From Ostreococcus lucimarinus (Eukaryota): a stretch of 64,000 nucleotides of DNA. The DNA is taken from the NCBI GenBank assembly GCA_000092065.1, contig CP000581.1; one strand, 5' to 3'. Shown piece after piece: positions 46,129 through 58,584 of the stretch. The notes beneath the pieces are model-generated. The model did not search any database and had not been told where the DNA came from. It saw only the letters and a program-made list of their open reading frames with translations. Both the position numbers and the translations under genes were made by a program. Position 1 is the stretch's first letter. The number at the start of each line of letters is the position of its first letter.

Positions 46129-47583
46129 CTAGTCGAGTTGAATGGCGGCGATGCGCTGAACGATGTCGTCGAATAATAAACGACTGCCGCGCTCGCCGAG
46201 CAGCCCGGCGGCGAGCGCGGCGAGCGCGGCGATGGGATGGACGCCGTCGACGCCGTCGTGCCTCGCGCACACCTCCTCCAACACGGCGCCGAACGCTCGC
46301 GCTTCGTTGAGTTCTATCGTTCGTGCGTTCGATGAATCTCTTTCGTAGAACCAGGCGGCGCCGAAATCGCCGAGTTTTGCGCGTGGTTCGATGCCTGGAG
46401 ATTCTTTGACGTGCAAAATGTTGTGCGCGTAGACGTCGCCGTGGACGACGCCCATCGCGTGCAACTCTCGAAGCGCCGAACCAACGTCTCGCGCGACAGC
46501 CATGATTTCTTTCGCCGTGAATCGAACATCGTCATCGTACGTATCTCTCGCCACTGTATCAAAGCTCGGAGGTTTCCCGAGGTCCTTCCACGAAGCGTGG
46601 TCAAGATATTGCATCACCAAGCCTCGCGAATCGCCGCGTTGAAATCGCGCGATTGTCTTGATCGTACCCTCGCTCTTAATCGTCGCCGCGAGCACCGATG
46701 CCGTCATCTCATCTTCCGGGCGCCCGTCGCTTGTCTTTGCGGCGTTGTTGTACACCTTCACCGCCACGGTCTCGCCGTTCCATCGTCCCGCATACACGGC
46801 GCCCGACGCGCCTTTACCGAGCGGCTCGGCGTCCTCGGCCACGCCGAGCTCGGACCAATCCACCGTCACCACGTCTGCAGAATTTGCACGTGTCTTTGCT
46901 TTATCTCCGATCGTATCCGTCGCGGGATTCGCGGCGGCGGCGAACCAACTCAGTCGAGGCGACTCCAATATCCAACTCGGAAACGTTTCAAAGCGATTGT
47001 CCGCCAGTCTGAGTAACTCTAAATTCTTCAACTCCCGCATGCTCTCCGGCAACGCGCGCAACTTGTTCCCCGCTAACATCAACTTTCGCATCGGCGCGCA
47101 CCGTCCGAGCGACGCCGGCAACCGTTCGATTTGATTATCACTCAAAATCAACCACCCAAGACTCGGCGCCAGCGCGTCCTCGCTCACTTCTCGCACCGCG
47201 CACGCTTTGAACGAAACCATAAACAACTCTGGCAACCGTCCCAGCACCTCGGGCACGCGCTCGAACGCGTTCCCCAGAAAGAACGCCCGCTTCAATTTGC
47301 GACAATTCTCGATGCTCTCCGGCAACGTTCGCAGCGCGTTCCCGCCCGCGTTGAGAAACTCCAGGCGCGTCAGTCGCCCGACGGCGTCCGGCAGTTCGGT
47401 GAGCCCGCAGTTAGACACGTCCAGCTCCGTCGCGTCGTCCAGCGCGCCCGCGCGCAAGTCTTCGAGCACGCGCTCGCACTTCGTCGCCGCGTCGCCGCTC
47501 GCGCGCGCGTACGACACGACGCGCTTCGGCGCGACGACATCGATATCCACTCCGCCATCCTTCGTCGACGTTCCGGCGCCCAT
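46129..47583 (-). CDS. Leucine-rich-repeat protein kinase (cytosolic LRR plus non-RD Ser/Thr kinase). The first Met gives MGAGTSTK…, a candidate N-myristoylation site.
   Basis: About 8 LRRs (…LTELPDAVGRLTRLEFLNAGGNALRTLPESI…). Kinase subdomains: LGKGASGAVY, AVKVY, HGDVYAHNIL (HGD in place of HRD), DFG. The track ORF to 48276 carries a low-complexity antisense extension. Confidence 0.7.
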   Translation of the reverse strand: MGAGTSTKDGGVDIDVVAPKRVVSYARASGDAATKCERVLEDLRAGALDDATELDVSNCGLTELPDAVGRLTRLEFLNAGGNALRTLPESIENCRKLKRAFFLGNAFERVPEVLGRLPELFMVSFKACAVREVSEDALAPSLGWLILSDNQIERLPASLGRCAPMRKLMLAGNKLRALPESMRELKNLELLRLADNRFETFPSWILESPRLSWFAAAANPATDTIGDKAKTRANSADVVTVDWSELGVAEDAEPLGKGASGAVYAGRWNGETVAVKVYNNAAKTSDGRPEDEMTASVLAATIKSEGTIKTIARFQRGDSRGLVMQYLDHASWKDLGKPPSFDTVARDTYDDDVRFTAKEIMAVARDVGSALRELHAMGVVHGDVYAHNILHVKESPGIEPRAKLGDFGAAWFYERDSSNARTIELNEARAFGAVLEEVCARHDGVDGVHPIAALAALAAGLLGERGSRLLFDDIVQRIAAIQLD

Positions 47584-47725
47584 CGCGCGCGGTGCGCGCG
47601 CGCGGCGCGCGACGAACGCGACGCACAGAGCCGCGAGCGCGAGCGCGAGCGATCGTCGCGCGCGCGGCGGCGCGCGGCGCGACGACACCGCGCGCGACGT
47701 GACGCCGAGCGCCACTGTGTGACGG

Positions 47726-48544
47726 ATGCGCGCGGCGGCGGCCCGCGTCGCCTCCGGGACGCGCGCGCGCGCGTCGCCGCGGTGTCGCGCGCGGGCGGCC
47801 TCGACGCCGCCGCGCGCGCCCGCGCTCGTGATTTCGCGCACGGTGCGCGCTGGAGAGCGCGTCGAACACGACGGCGATGTGTTGGTGTGCGGGGACGTCG
47901 AGCGGGACGGTGCGGTGCGCGCGACGCGCGGCGACGTCACCGTCTGGGGCTCGCTCTTGGGTGAAGTCGAGGCTTGCGAACCAGACGCGTGCGTGCGGGC
48001 GATCGACATGCGGCCGGCGGCGCTGCGCGTCGGCGGCGCGCGGTGGCGGTTGTCGACGGCGAAGGACGCGACTGGACGGCCGGCGGTCGCGCGCGCGGCG
48101 GCGGACGGCGTGGATGTGGTCGTATGCGATGAAAACGTCGGAGGAGATTGCTCGACGTCGACGAGCGTGCGGCGATCGAGTCTGTTGACGGGCGCGTACA
48201 TCGGCGCCGTCGGTTTGGCGTTGCTCGTCGCGCCCGCGGCGACGTTTTCCATCCTGTTTAACGCCGCAGACATCACGAGCGCGTGGATTCGCGTGTTTGG
48301 AGTGCTTTGCGTGACGTTTGGGGCGTATTACGTCGGCACGCCGCTGTACGAACTTCGAGGTTTCGGCGCCGAATCGTTTTACCGCAGCACCGTTCTCGGT
48401 CGAGCCTTTGTCTTCGCCTCGCTCTGCGTCTTGGCCGCGTTCGAGCGGCGCGCCAGGGTCGGTTTAATCGCACTCGGCGTCATAAACGCTTTGAGTGCGT
48501 CTGTCATGCATCGCGCGCTCGAGCGTGGGCGGGATCGCGAGTGA
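47726..48544 (+). CDS. MinC C-terminal-domain-like protein fused to a C-terminal polytopic membrane region. The MinC N-terminal domain is absent.
   Basis: …RTVRAGERVEHDGDVLVCGDVERDGAVRATRGDVTVWGSLLGEVEACEPDACVRAIDMRPAALRVGGARW… aligns with the MinC_C beta-helix consensus (RSGQ.i…GDlvvlGdVnpGAevvAgGnIiVlGkLrGvahAG…rIvalel.ptqLrIag). Then ~150 aa with three hydrophobic helices. A/R/S-rich N-terminus. Confidence 0.5.
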   Translation: MRAAAARVASGTRARASPRCRARAASTPPRAPALVISRTVRAGERVEHDGDVLVCGDVERDGAVRATRGDVTVWGSLLGEVEACEPDACVRAIDMRPAALRVGGARWRLSTAKDATGRPAVARAAADGVDVVVCDENVGGDCSTSTSVRRSSLLTGAYIGAVGLALLVAPAATFSILFNAADITSAWIRVFGVLCVTFGAYYVGTPLYELRGFGAESFYRSTVLGRAFVFASLCVLAAFERRARVGLIALGVINALSASVMHRALERGRDRE

Positions 48545-48695
48545 ATAGGCGCGCGCGCGCCCGCTCTCGCGTACACCGCCCTGTTTTTGCCAATCAAAAT
48601 CGAAAACGCCCCAGGGGGACGACGTTCGAACAAACAATCCGCACACTCGACCTCGCGACGCCGCGCGAGCGCCGAACGCGCGCCTCTCGTCGTAG

Positions 48696-50468
<1,773 letters not shown>

Positions 50469-50665
50469 ATAAGGCGATCAAATGAGGCGGTTTTCTCTCG
50501 CGCGTCTCGGCGGCGCGTCTCTCGACGCGACCAACCAACCGACGGCGCGCGTTTCGTCTCGCCGCCTCTGCCTCGCGTTTCGGCGCATTCTAGACACCCA
50601 CGGTTAGCGTAGGACACAATCGATGCCTTTTCGAGCAACATATGTAAACGACAAACGATGATTAA

Positions 50666-51643
<978 letters not shown>

Positions 51644-51758
51644 ACGCATTGTTTTATCTCTGGAATACCACACAACCATTCATTAAAGATGCCCTCGTCC
51701 TCGTCGCGCGCGTATTTTTCTCGTTGAAGACTTGAATATTGTTTACAAAAACTCGACG

Positions 51759-52883
51759 TTAGTCGACGACTTTTACGCGCGGACCTTTTGCCCAAGGATT
51801 ACTCCTCTTGTAGTACCCGCCCACATACACGATTTCCGGTTTCGGCGGGGGCGGCTCTTCGATCTGTTGCTGTTGCGCCTGAGGCGCTTCGAGCAAGCGA
51901 CGACGTTCGGTGTCTTCGCGTTCTTCGGATTTCGGCGGCGCGACTTCTACTTGGACGACGGGTTCAGGCTCCAGTTCGGCGATTCGTTCGGGCTCTGGTT
52001 CTGATTCCACGACCGGTTCGATCGCACGCGGCTCGGGCGACGGTTCCGGTTCTGGTTCGCGAACGTCAGGCACCGGTGGGAGTTCGTCGACGGCTTCGGC
52101 GATGTCGATCGCTTCGTCTCGCGCTTCCTCCTCGACTTCGACTTTGCGCGCGTCCTTCTTCCCACCGAAGCGTGAAAATAAACCTCCGATGAAACCTTCA
52201 TTGCTATCGTCCGCGTCTTCGTCGGCGTCTTCGACGAGTTCCATCGCACCTTCGACGTCGGCGGCGGTCTCGTCCGTCGGCTCGGCCTCCGTCGGCTCCG
52301 CCGTGGACGCCGCCGTGGGCGCCGCCGCGGCCCAGTCCTCGACGGACGCGTCTTCGTCCGCGGTCTCGACGACTTCAACCGCCGCCGCGGGCGTTTCCTC
52401 TTCCTCGACCGTTTCGACCGTTTCGATCGTTTCGACCCAATCCACCGCCGAGGCTTCGACGTCGTTCGAATCGTCCGCCGCCGCCGCCGCCGCCGCCTCG
52501 GGCGCGTCTTCACTCGCGTCCGCGTCCTCGACCTCCGTCGCGCCGTCGCTCTCGACCGCGGCGCCTTCCCTTCCCTCGTCCTCGTCCTCGAGCGCGTCCG
52601 CCGCCGCCGCCGCCGCCGCGAGCTCCCGCATCACCGCCGCCGCGTCGTCCTCGAACGCGTCGCGCGCGTCGTCGTCCTCGTCCTCGAGCGTCGTCGCCGC
52701 GTCGTGCGTCGCGCCTTCGAATTCAAAATCGCCCCGCGGCTCGTCGACGACGTCGTCCTCCACCGCGTCCAACCACGCGTCGTCGAACGCGCGCGCGCGC
52801 GCGACGCGCGACGCGAGGCACGCGCACGCGCACGCGAGCGCGAGCGCGAGCGCGCGTCGACCGCGCGACCGCGCGCGCGACAT
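51759..52883 (-). CDS. Secreted, extremely acidic protein (signal peptide plus D/E/A/T/V-rich low complexity with ETV/VET repeats). Pro-rich C-terminus.
   Basis: The Met at 52883 gives MSRARSRGRRALALALACACACLASRVARA (signal-like) then a D/E-rich region. C-terminal …PPPPKPEIVYVGGYYKRSNPWAKGPRVKVVD. The longer track ORF to 53843 is antisense to the neighbouring ARM gene. Confidence 0.4.
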   Translation of the reverse strand: MSRARSRGRRALALALACACACLASRVARARAFDDAWLDAVEDDVVDEPRGDFEFEGATHDAATTLEDEDDDARDAFEDDAAAVMRELAAAAAAADALEDEDEGREGAAVESDGATEVEDADASEDAPEAAAAAAADDSNDVEASAVDWVETIETVETVEEEETPAAAVEVVETADEDASVEDWAAAAPTAASTAEPTEAEPTDETAADVEGAMELVEDADEDADDSNEGFIGGLFSRFGGKKDARKVEVEEEARDEAIDIAEAVDELPPVPDVREPEPEPSPEPRAIEPVVESEPEPERIAELEPEPVVQVEVAPPKSEEREDTERRRLLEAPQAQQQQIEEPPPPKPEIVYVGGYYKRSNPWAKGPRVKVVD

Positions 52884-53034
52884 CGTCCGGCCGTCGCGAT
52901 GTGCGACCGCGACCGCACGCACGCGCGCGCGCGACATGTCGCGCGCGAGCGCGTCCGAGAGCCTGCGCGCGCTCGCGCGCGATTGTCTCGTCGTTCCCGG
53001 GACGCCCAGGTGCGACGGCGCGCGACGGCGCGCG

Positions 53035-54537
53035 ATGATGGATTCGCGCGCGGGCGCGCTCGGTCGACTGACGACGACGACGCGACGCAGCGAAGACGCG
53101 GCGACGGCCATCCTGCGCGCGCACCCGTGGCGGGACATTTTCGAAGCGCTCGAGCGCGCGTCGACGACGGACGGCGGCGAGGAGGACGCGGCGGCGGCGC
53201 GAGCGCTCGCGAGGAAGCTCGGCGAGACGCGCGCGGGCGTCGACGCGCTCGCGCGAGCGTTCGACGAAAACGACGCGACGTTCGCGATGCGATTCGAGAG
53301 AGGGTTCGAGGACGCGGAGACGGTGGAGACGGCGTGCGCGCTGGTGCGAGGGGTGTACGAACGGGCGACGATGGAGGAGGGGGCGCGCGCGGCGGCGGCG
53401 GCGACGCGCGCGGCGACGACGCGGCGGTGCGGAGAAAAGGATACGGGAACGGCGATCGCGGCGAGCGGGGCGCTGTTGGCGCTGTGCGCGCGGTTTCCAG
53501 AGATGCTGGAAGATGTTTTAGGGGATGTGCTGGAGGAGACGTCGCGGGAGGGTGGGACGAGCGAGGCGAAGGTGCGCGGTTTGGCGTTCGCCGCGAGCGC
53601 GGCGGCGGCGAACGAGGACGCGGCGAGCGTCGTGGTGAAATCGGGCGCGCTCGACGCGTGCGTGCGTGAGATTGATGGTCCGGATTTATTATCGTCTCTC
53701 GCGTCGCTCGAGATTCTCGCCGAAGTCGCGGAATCGTCCTCCGCGGCTGCGAGAGGGTTGAAGAGCGTGGGGTCGCTGGGCGACGCGCTCGTGCGGGCGA
53801 CGCTGGACGAAACCGCGGACCCGGCGCTCCGCACGCGCGCCATGATCGTCGGTGCGAGAATCGCGGCGACTTGCGCGACGAGCGATGAGGCGCTCGTTCA
53901 GGAGATGGCGCGCGTGCTGACGGCCCAGGAATCGAATTTTCGCGACGCCGTCGTCGACGCCGCCGGCGAGCTGTGCTTGACGAACGCGATCGTCGCGACA
54001 AACTTTGTCAAGACGACGAAGACCGTCGTCTTCACCGCGGCCGACAGCGCGCTGCGAGGACGCGGCGAGTCGCAAGTGGTCGCATTGCACGCGTTGGCGA
54101 ACGTGTTCGGCGCCGAACGAGGCGAACAAGAAATCCTGGACGACGAAGCCGAGTCCATCCTCGCCGACGCGATTTTCGCCGCGTGCGGCTCAAAATCTTT
54201 CGGCGACATCATCTCCACCGCCTTGGCGAACAAGAGCGACCATTTCGTCAACCTTCGCGTCGCCGTCTATCGCCTCCTGTCCACCGCGGGCCATCGCGCG
54301 CGTTTCGCCGAGGAAATCGCCGCGCATCCCTCCGCGCGAGACGCCCTCGCGCTCGACGTCGAGCCCGCCCTCGTCGCCGCGCGCGCGCGTCGCCGCGCGC
54401 TCGCCGCCCTCGCCGACGCCGACATCGCCGACGCTCGCGCGCGCGACCTCTTTCGCGTCGCCGCCACCGCGTCGCCGCGCGCCTCGACCTCGCGTCCGAG
54501 CGCCGTCCCGGACGTCCTCGCGTCCCATCGCCAGTAG
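53035..54537 (+). CDS. ARM/HEAT-repeat protein (~500 aa). Weak resemblance to proteasome assembly chaperone PSMD5/Hsm3.
   Basis: Regular ~40-aa helical repeats rich in A/L/V. The first ~1.1 kb of the track ORF (51910–53034) is the Ser-rich antisense of the acidic gene. Start taken at MMDSRAG (53035). Confidence 0.45.
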   Translation: MMDSRAGALGRLTTTTRRSEDAATAILRAHPWRDIFEALERASTTDGGEEDAAAARALARKLGETRAGVDALARAFDENDATFAMRFERGFEDAETVETACALVRGVYERATMEEGARAAAAATRAATTRRCGEKDTGTAIAASGALLALCARFPEMLEDVLGDVLEETSREGGTSEAKVRGLAFAASAAAANEDAASVVVKSGALDACVREIDGPDLLSSLASLEILAEVAESSSAAARGLKSVGSLGDALVRATLDETADPALRTRAMIVGARIAATCATSDEALVQEMARVLTAQESNFRDAVVDAAGELCLTNAIVATNFVKTTKTVVFTAADSALRGRGESQVVALHALANVFGAERGEQEILDDEAESILADAIFAACGSKSFGDIISTALANKSDHFVNLRVAVYRLLSTAGHRARFAEEIAAHPSARDALALDVEPALVAARARRRALAALADADIADARARDLFRVAATASPRASTSRPSAVPDVLASHRQ

Positions 54538-54546
54538 CGTCGCCGC

Positions 54547-54576
54547 GTCAAACGTCAAATGTCAAACGTCAAATGT
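54547..54576. repeat. (GTCAAAY)4 tandem repeat just 3' of the ARM-gene stop
   Basis: gtcaaacgtcaaatgtcaaacgtcaaatgtc read directly. Confidence 0.75.
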
Positions 54577-54931
54577 CCACACCGCGCGAATCCCGCGATT
54601 CGCGCGACGCGCCGTCGTCAGCGCGCGACGCCCGCCTCTCGCGATGCGCGCGAGCCGCGGGGACATCAAGCCCGAGCTCGACGACGATAATCCGTGCGTG
54701 CGACGACGCGAACGCGACGACGCGCGCGAACCGACGACGAAAGAGACGCCGCCGCCGCCGCTGACGACGGACGACTGACGACGCGTTTCGACGGACGCAG
54801 CGTCGTCGAGACGATCCCGGTGTACTTTAATCGCCCGCCGGACGATGGCGGAGAGATGGTTCTGATTCAGGTGCGAAAACCGCGCGGAAAGCGCGCGCGA
54901 GACGCGCGCGAGGCGAGCGAGAGAGCGATCG

Positions 54932-56608
54932 ATGGGGACTGACGAGACGCCGCGACGGCGACGAGGAACGCAGTACCCGCTGCGACCGCCCGATCGGCCG
55001 TACGACGTGGCGAACGTGGAGAGCGTGCGATATAAACCCGATGCGGCGAAACTAGAGATGACGATGCCGATCGAGGAGAGCGAAAGAAATCGAGACGAGG
55101 ACGCGGCGGAGCACACGCGAATTTCTTCGCTGCTGTTGACGAGCTCGAGCGCGAAGGCGGAGGCGCACGGAGACGGAGTGGTCGTGGGCACGATACATAA
55201 CGGGGCTATGTATTTGACGCCGATCGAGGCGGTTTATCAGATGCGACCGAGTTTACAGCATTTGGACGCGGCGGATAGCGCGAGGCAACCGCACGACGCG
55301 GCGCGAGAGGAGCGAGAGTTGCAAGAGGAGGAGGAACGCATGCTGCTGCCTCTTCAGGTGCAAGTGCGACGACGAGAGACGGCGAAACAGACGGAAATGC
55401 GAGTGCAGTCGCACGCGTTTTTGCGGCAGCGTGAGCACGAGGAGGCATGGATTCCGTTGCAGCCCTCCATGCCGGGAGATGCGGATACAGAGTTCGTCAA
55501 GGCGTACGTGACGACGACGCACGGCGAGTCGTGCGGACAGGCGGTGACGGCGAGAGAATACCTCGACGTCATGTGCCCTGTGAGCGGAAGCAAACGCGTC
55601 GCTCCCGAGGACGAAAATGCCAACACTTTGGGCGATGGAACTGGGTTGAGCAAGTCTCAGCTCGCGTCTCTGCCGCTCGATAGACGTATTCGAGCGTTGT
55701 TCGCCAAGGGTCAAAAGTCGTGCATGAAATTTAGCAGGATTCGTCAATTCGTGACGGAACCCATAGAGCCTGAACAATTGATCGCGGTGATTCAAGACAG
55801 CGCACACTTGGTGCAAGGTAATTGGGTGGCCAAGTCCACGCTGCGGTGCGGTGGGAACGTGACCTGGGAAAACATGCGAGACTCGGCGCTCTTTCAGTTC
55901 GCGCGTTCGCGCAACGTCAAACCAGAGTTGGTATCCAACTGTTTGAAGCGTAACAGCACAAAATCGGATCCAACGTTGGCAAAGATGCGTCGCGAAGTTC
56001 TCGCAGAATTCTCTCGTCCTCGAGGTTACGGTAGCGCAGCAGATGGTTTCGAGTTCAACGAAGCCACCGACGAGGCGTTCGAAGCAGAATTCCCCGACGT
56101 CGTCTCGCGAGAGATGGAATCGTGGCTCGCCTTGGCGCCATCCCTCGACATCACGTTGCTCACCAACGAATTGACGACGCCGAGCGTACCGCCACACGTC
56201 TCACAAATTCGCCTCACCACCGTTCGCTCGCTCGTGTACGCGAAGTTTGAGAAGAGGACCCACCTGAGCTTGGCGGACATTCGCGCGTTTTTGCTGACGC
56301 AAGCCCCCGACGTCGCGGCGTGCGCATACTTTCGACAAGCCGAACTTCTGGGGATGTTCGACGGTGATATCGCGTGCATCGAGGGTATTTGCGTTCTGGT
56401 ATCCGTGAACGACCCCGCGATCGACCCTCTTCGCAGGAAAATCTTAGGTTTGCTCTACAAGCAGAGCGGCGTTGTCAAGCGTTCCGAAATCATGGACGCC
56501 CTCGGCGACGGCGCGCCCAGTCAGCACACCTACACCAAAGTCCTCTCAGACTTGTGCTCATCGAAAGGAAGCATTTGGACCATTAAGGCGGCGGAGGAGA
56601 TGAGGTAA
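54932..56608 (+). CDS. RPC5: DNA-directed RNA polymerase III subunit RPC5 (Rpc37/POLR3E)
   Basis: Collinear similarity to RPC5: …RPPDRPYDV…VRYKP…LEM…, …RVQSHAFLRQREHEEAWIPL… (compare human RVQSYEFLQKKHAEEPWVHL), …SAHLVQGNWVAKSTL… (compare VAMLVQGNWVVKSDIL), C-terminal …GSIWTIKAAE. Confidence 0.8.
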   Translation: MGTDETPRRRRGTQYPLRPPDRPYDVANVESVRYKPDAAKLEMTMPIEESERNRDEDAAEHTRISSLLLTSSSAKAEAHGDGVVVGTIHNGAMYLTPIEAVYQMRPSLQHLDAADSARQPHDAAREERELQEEEERMLLPLQVQVRRRETAKQTEMRVQSHAFLRQREHEEAWIPLQPSMPGDADTEFVKAYVTTTHGESCGQAVTAREYLDVMCPVSGSKRVAPEDENANTLGDGTGLSKSQLASLPLDRRIRALFAKGQKSCMKFSRIRQFVTEPIEPEQLIAVIQDSAHLVQGNWVAKSTLRCGGNVTWENMRDSALFQFARSRNVKPELVSNCLKRNSTKSDPTLAKMRREVLAEFSRPRGYGSAADGFEFNEATDEAFEAEFPDVVSREMESWLALAPSLDITLLTNELTTPSVPPHVSQIRLTTVRSLVYAKFEKRTHLSLADIRAFLLTQAPDVAACAYFRQAELLGMFDGDIACIEGICVLVSVNDPAIDPLRRKILGLLYKQSGVVKRSEIMDALGDGAPSQHTYTKVLSDLCSSKGSIWTIKAAEEMR

Positions 56609-56681
56609 TACGCGAACATTCGTCGTTGTATAATCCTACACAATAGCTACGCTACAAACATTTTCTAGGTTCTTCAAACCT

Positions 56682-57101
56682 CTACTTCTTCCCGCCCTGT
56701 TGATCTTGCATCCGAATCTTCAGCGTCTTCTCCGACTTCGTCAGCACGAAATCATCCCACGTCTTATCCAATCCCTTCGCTTTGCTTCGCATCCGCGCCC
56801 TATACGCCGCGATGAGCTCCGGCTGTTTCGCCAGCGCCTCCGCCCGCGCCGCCTCCCTCGCCGGCTTTTCGCGATCGCACTTGTGTCCCTTCCCCGGTCG
56901 CGTCAGCGTCTTCTGCGTCCCGCGCGGTTTATCGTGCGTCCACTCGTACCCGTTCGCGATCGCCGCCTTGCGCAGCTCGGCGACGACGCGTCCGGAGAAC
57001 TCGGGCGCGCGAAACCGTCCGTTCGCCGGGTTCACGCTCGCGCGCGCGGCGTCCGGCATCTTCGCCAGCGCCGCGCGCAGGCGCTCGACGTTGCGAAACA
57101 T
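56682..57101 (-). CDS. Small basic protein (~140 aa), possibly a mitochondrial ribosomal or assembly protein. Hypothetical.
   Basis: Met at 57101 gives [54 protein letters not shown]…[12 protein letters not shown]. The track ORF extends to 57377 with an Arg-rich leader. Confidence 0.4.
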   Translation of the reverse strand: MFRNVERLRAALAKMPDAARASVNPANGRFRAPEFSGRVVAELRKAAIANGYEWTHDKPRGTQKTLTRPGKGHKCDREKPAREAARAEALAKQPELIAAYRARMRSKAKGLDKTWDDFVLTKSEKTLKIRMQDQQGGKK

Positions 57102-57281
57102 GGCGCGTCGCGTCGTTCGGTCGCGCGCTCGGTCGTCGCGCTCGGTCGCGCGCGCGCGTGTGACGACGCGCGCGCGCTCGGTCGCGACCTCGACCATCCG
57201 TCCGTGCCGCCACACGCGCGCGCGCGACGACGACGACGCGTCCTCGCGCGCGGGAACCGCGCCCGGGCGTCGCGCTCCGCG

Positions 57282-58532
57282 ATGTCGAGCGACGCGCACA
57301 CGCGCCCGGCCGTGGTGATCGACAACGGCACCGGGTACACGAAGATGGGATTCGCCAAAAATGTCAATCCGACGCACGTGATCCCGACCTGCGTCGCCGA
57401 GAACGCGCCCGCGAGCGCGTCGAAGCGGCGGGGCGCGATGGATGACTTAGACTTCGCGATCGGTGACGAAGCGATGGCGCTGAGTGGGTCGAGAGACGTG
57501 CGATGGCCGATCAGACACGGACAAGTGGAGAATTGGGAACACATGGAAAAGTTTTGGGAGGCGTCGATTTGTCGATACCTGAGGTGCGATCCCGAGGATC
57601 ACTACTTTTTGTTGACCGAACCGCCGTTGAATCCGCCGGAGAATCGAGAGTACACGGCGGAGATCATGTTTGAATCGTTCAACGCGCCGGGGATGTACAT
57701 CGGCGTGCAGGCGGTGTTGGCGCTCGCGGCGAGCATAGCGAGCAAGAAGCAGAGTCAGTACGCGTCGGCGTTGACGGGGACGGTGATTGATATCGGGGAT
57801 GGGGTGACGCACGTGATACCGGTGAGTGATGGGTACGTGTTGGGGAGCTCGATCAAGAGCGTGCCGTTGGCGGGGAGAGATTTGACGACGTTTGTACAAT
57901 ATCTGATGCGAGAGCGCGGCGAACGCGTGCCGCCGGAGGACGCGATGGAGGTGGCGAGAAAGGTTAAGGAGGATTACTGCTACGTGTGCAAAGATGTTGT
58001 GAAAGAGTTCTTGCAGCACGAGCGCATGCCGGGCGAGTACGTGGTGCAAATACACGGCGTGCGGGGGAAAACCGGCGACACGTGGACGGCGGATGTCGGT
58101 TACGAACGATTTCTCGCCCCAGAGGTCTTCTTCGAGCCCGAGATATACTCGTCGGACTACATCACCCCGTTACCAGAGCTAGTGCACCAGGCGATTGCGT
58201 CGAGCCCGATCGATACCAGACGTAATCTGTACGGTAACATTGTGCTCTCGGGCGGAAGCACGATGTTTAAAGGATTCGGCAAGCGCATCAAACGCGACGT
58301 CAAAAGGCTCGTGGACGGGCGAATAGCGGCGACGACGAAAGGCGCCACGTTCGAGTCGAAAGAAGTCGAAGTCGAGGTCGTGACGCACAACTTCCAGCGC
58401 ACCGCAGTTTGGTTCGGTGGAAGCGTACTCGCGTCCACGCCCGGTTTTTACTCGAGCTGCGTCACCAAAGCCGAGTACGAGGAAAAGGGCGCGAGCGTCG
58501 TTCGGCAGAATCCCGTGTTTCGAGGTATCTAA
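57282..58532 (+). CDS. ARP3: Actin-related protein 3 (Arp2/3 complex subunit ARP3)
   Basis: Near-collinear with ARP3: [19 protein letters not shown]…IP, …WPIRHG.VE.W..ME.F…, [110 protein letters not shown], …AVWFGGS.LASTP.FY..C.TK..YEE.G.S.VR.NPVF. The track ORF begins at a TTG at 56700. Confidence 0.9.
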   Translation: MSSDAHTRPAVVIDNGTGYTKMGFAKNVNPTHVIPTCVAENAPASASKRRGAMDDLDFAIGDEAMALSGSRDVRWPIRHGQVENWEHMEKFWEASICRYLRCDPEDHYFLLTEPPLNPPENREYTAEIMFESFNAPGMYIGVQAVLALAASIASKKQSQYASALTGTVIDIGDGVTHVIPVSDGYVLGSSIKSVPLAGRDLTTFVQYLMRERGERVPPEDAMEVARKVKEDYCYVCKDVVKEFLQHERMPGEYVVQIHGVRGKTGDTWTADVGYERFLAPEVFFEPEIYSSDYITPLPELVHQAIASSPIDTRRNLYGNIVLSGGSTMFKGFGKRIKRDVKRLVDGRIAATTKGATFESKEVEVEVVTHNFQRTAVWFGGSVLASTPGFYSSCVTKAEYEEKGASVVRQNPVFRGI

Positions 58533-58584
58533 ACCAATTACGTTGTTAACGTCTAGAGTGTGTATTCTAAGTTAAGCCCCTGAG

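Noticed and set aside
56700-57281. 5' extensions of track ORFs that begin at TTG or GTG (for example 56700 ARP3 leader and 19201 SAS-6 leader)
   Set aside because: These are non-ATG starts used by the ORF finder. The real proteins begin at the first ATG that aligns with the family N-terminus (ARP3 [19 protein letters not shown]-6 MLTLL…).
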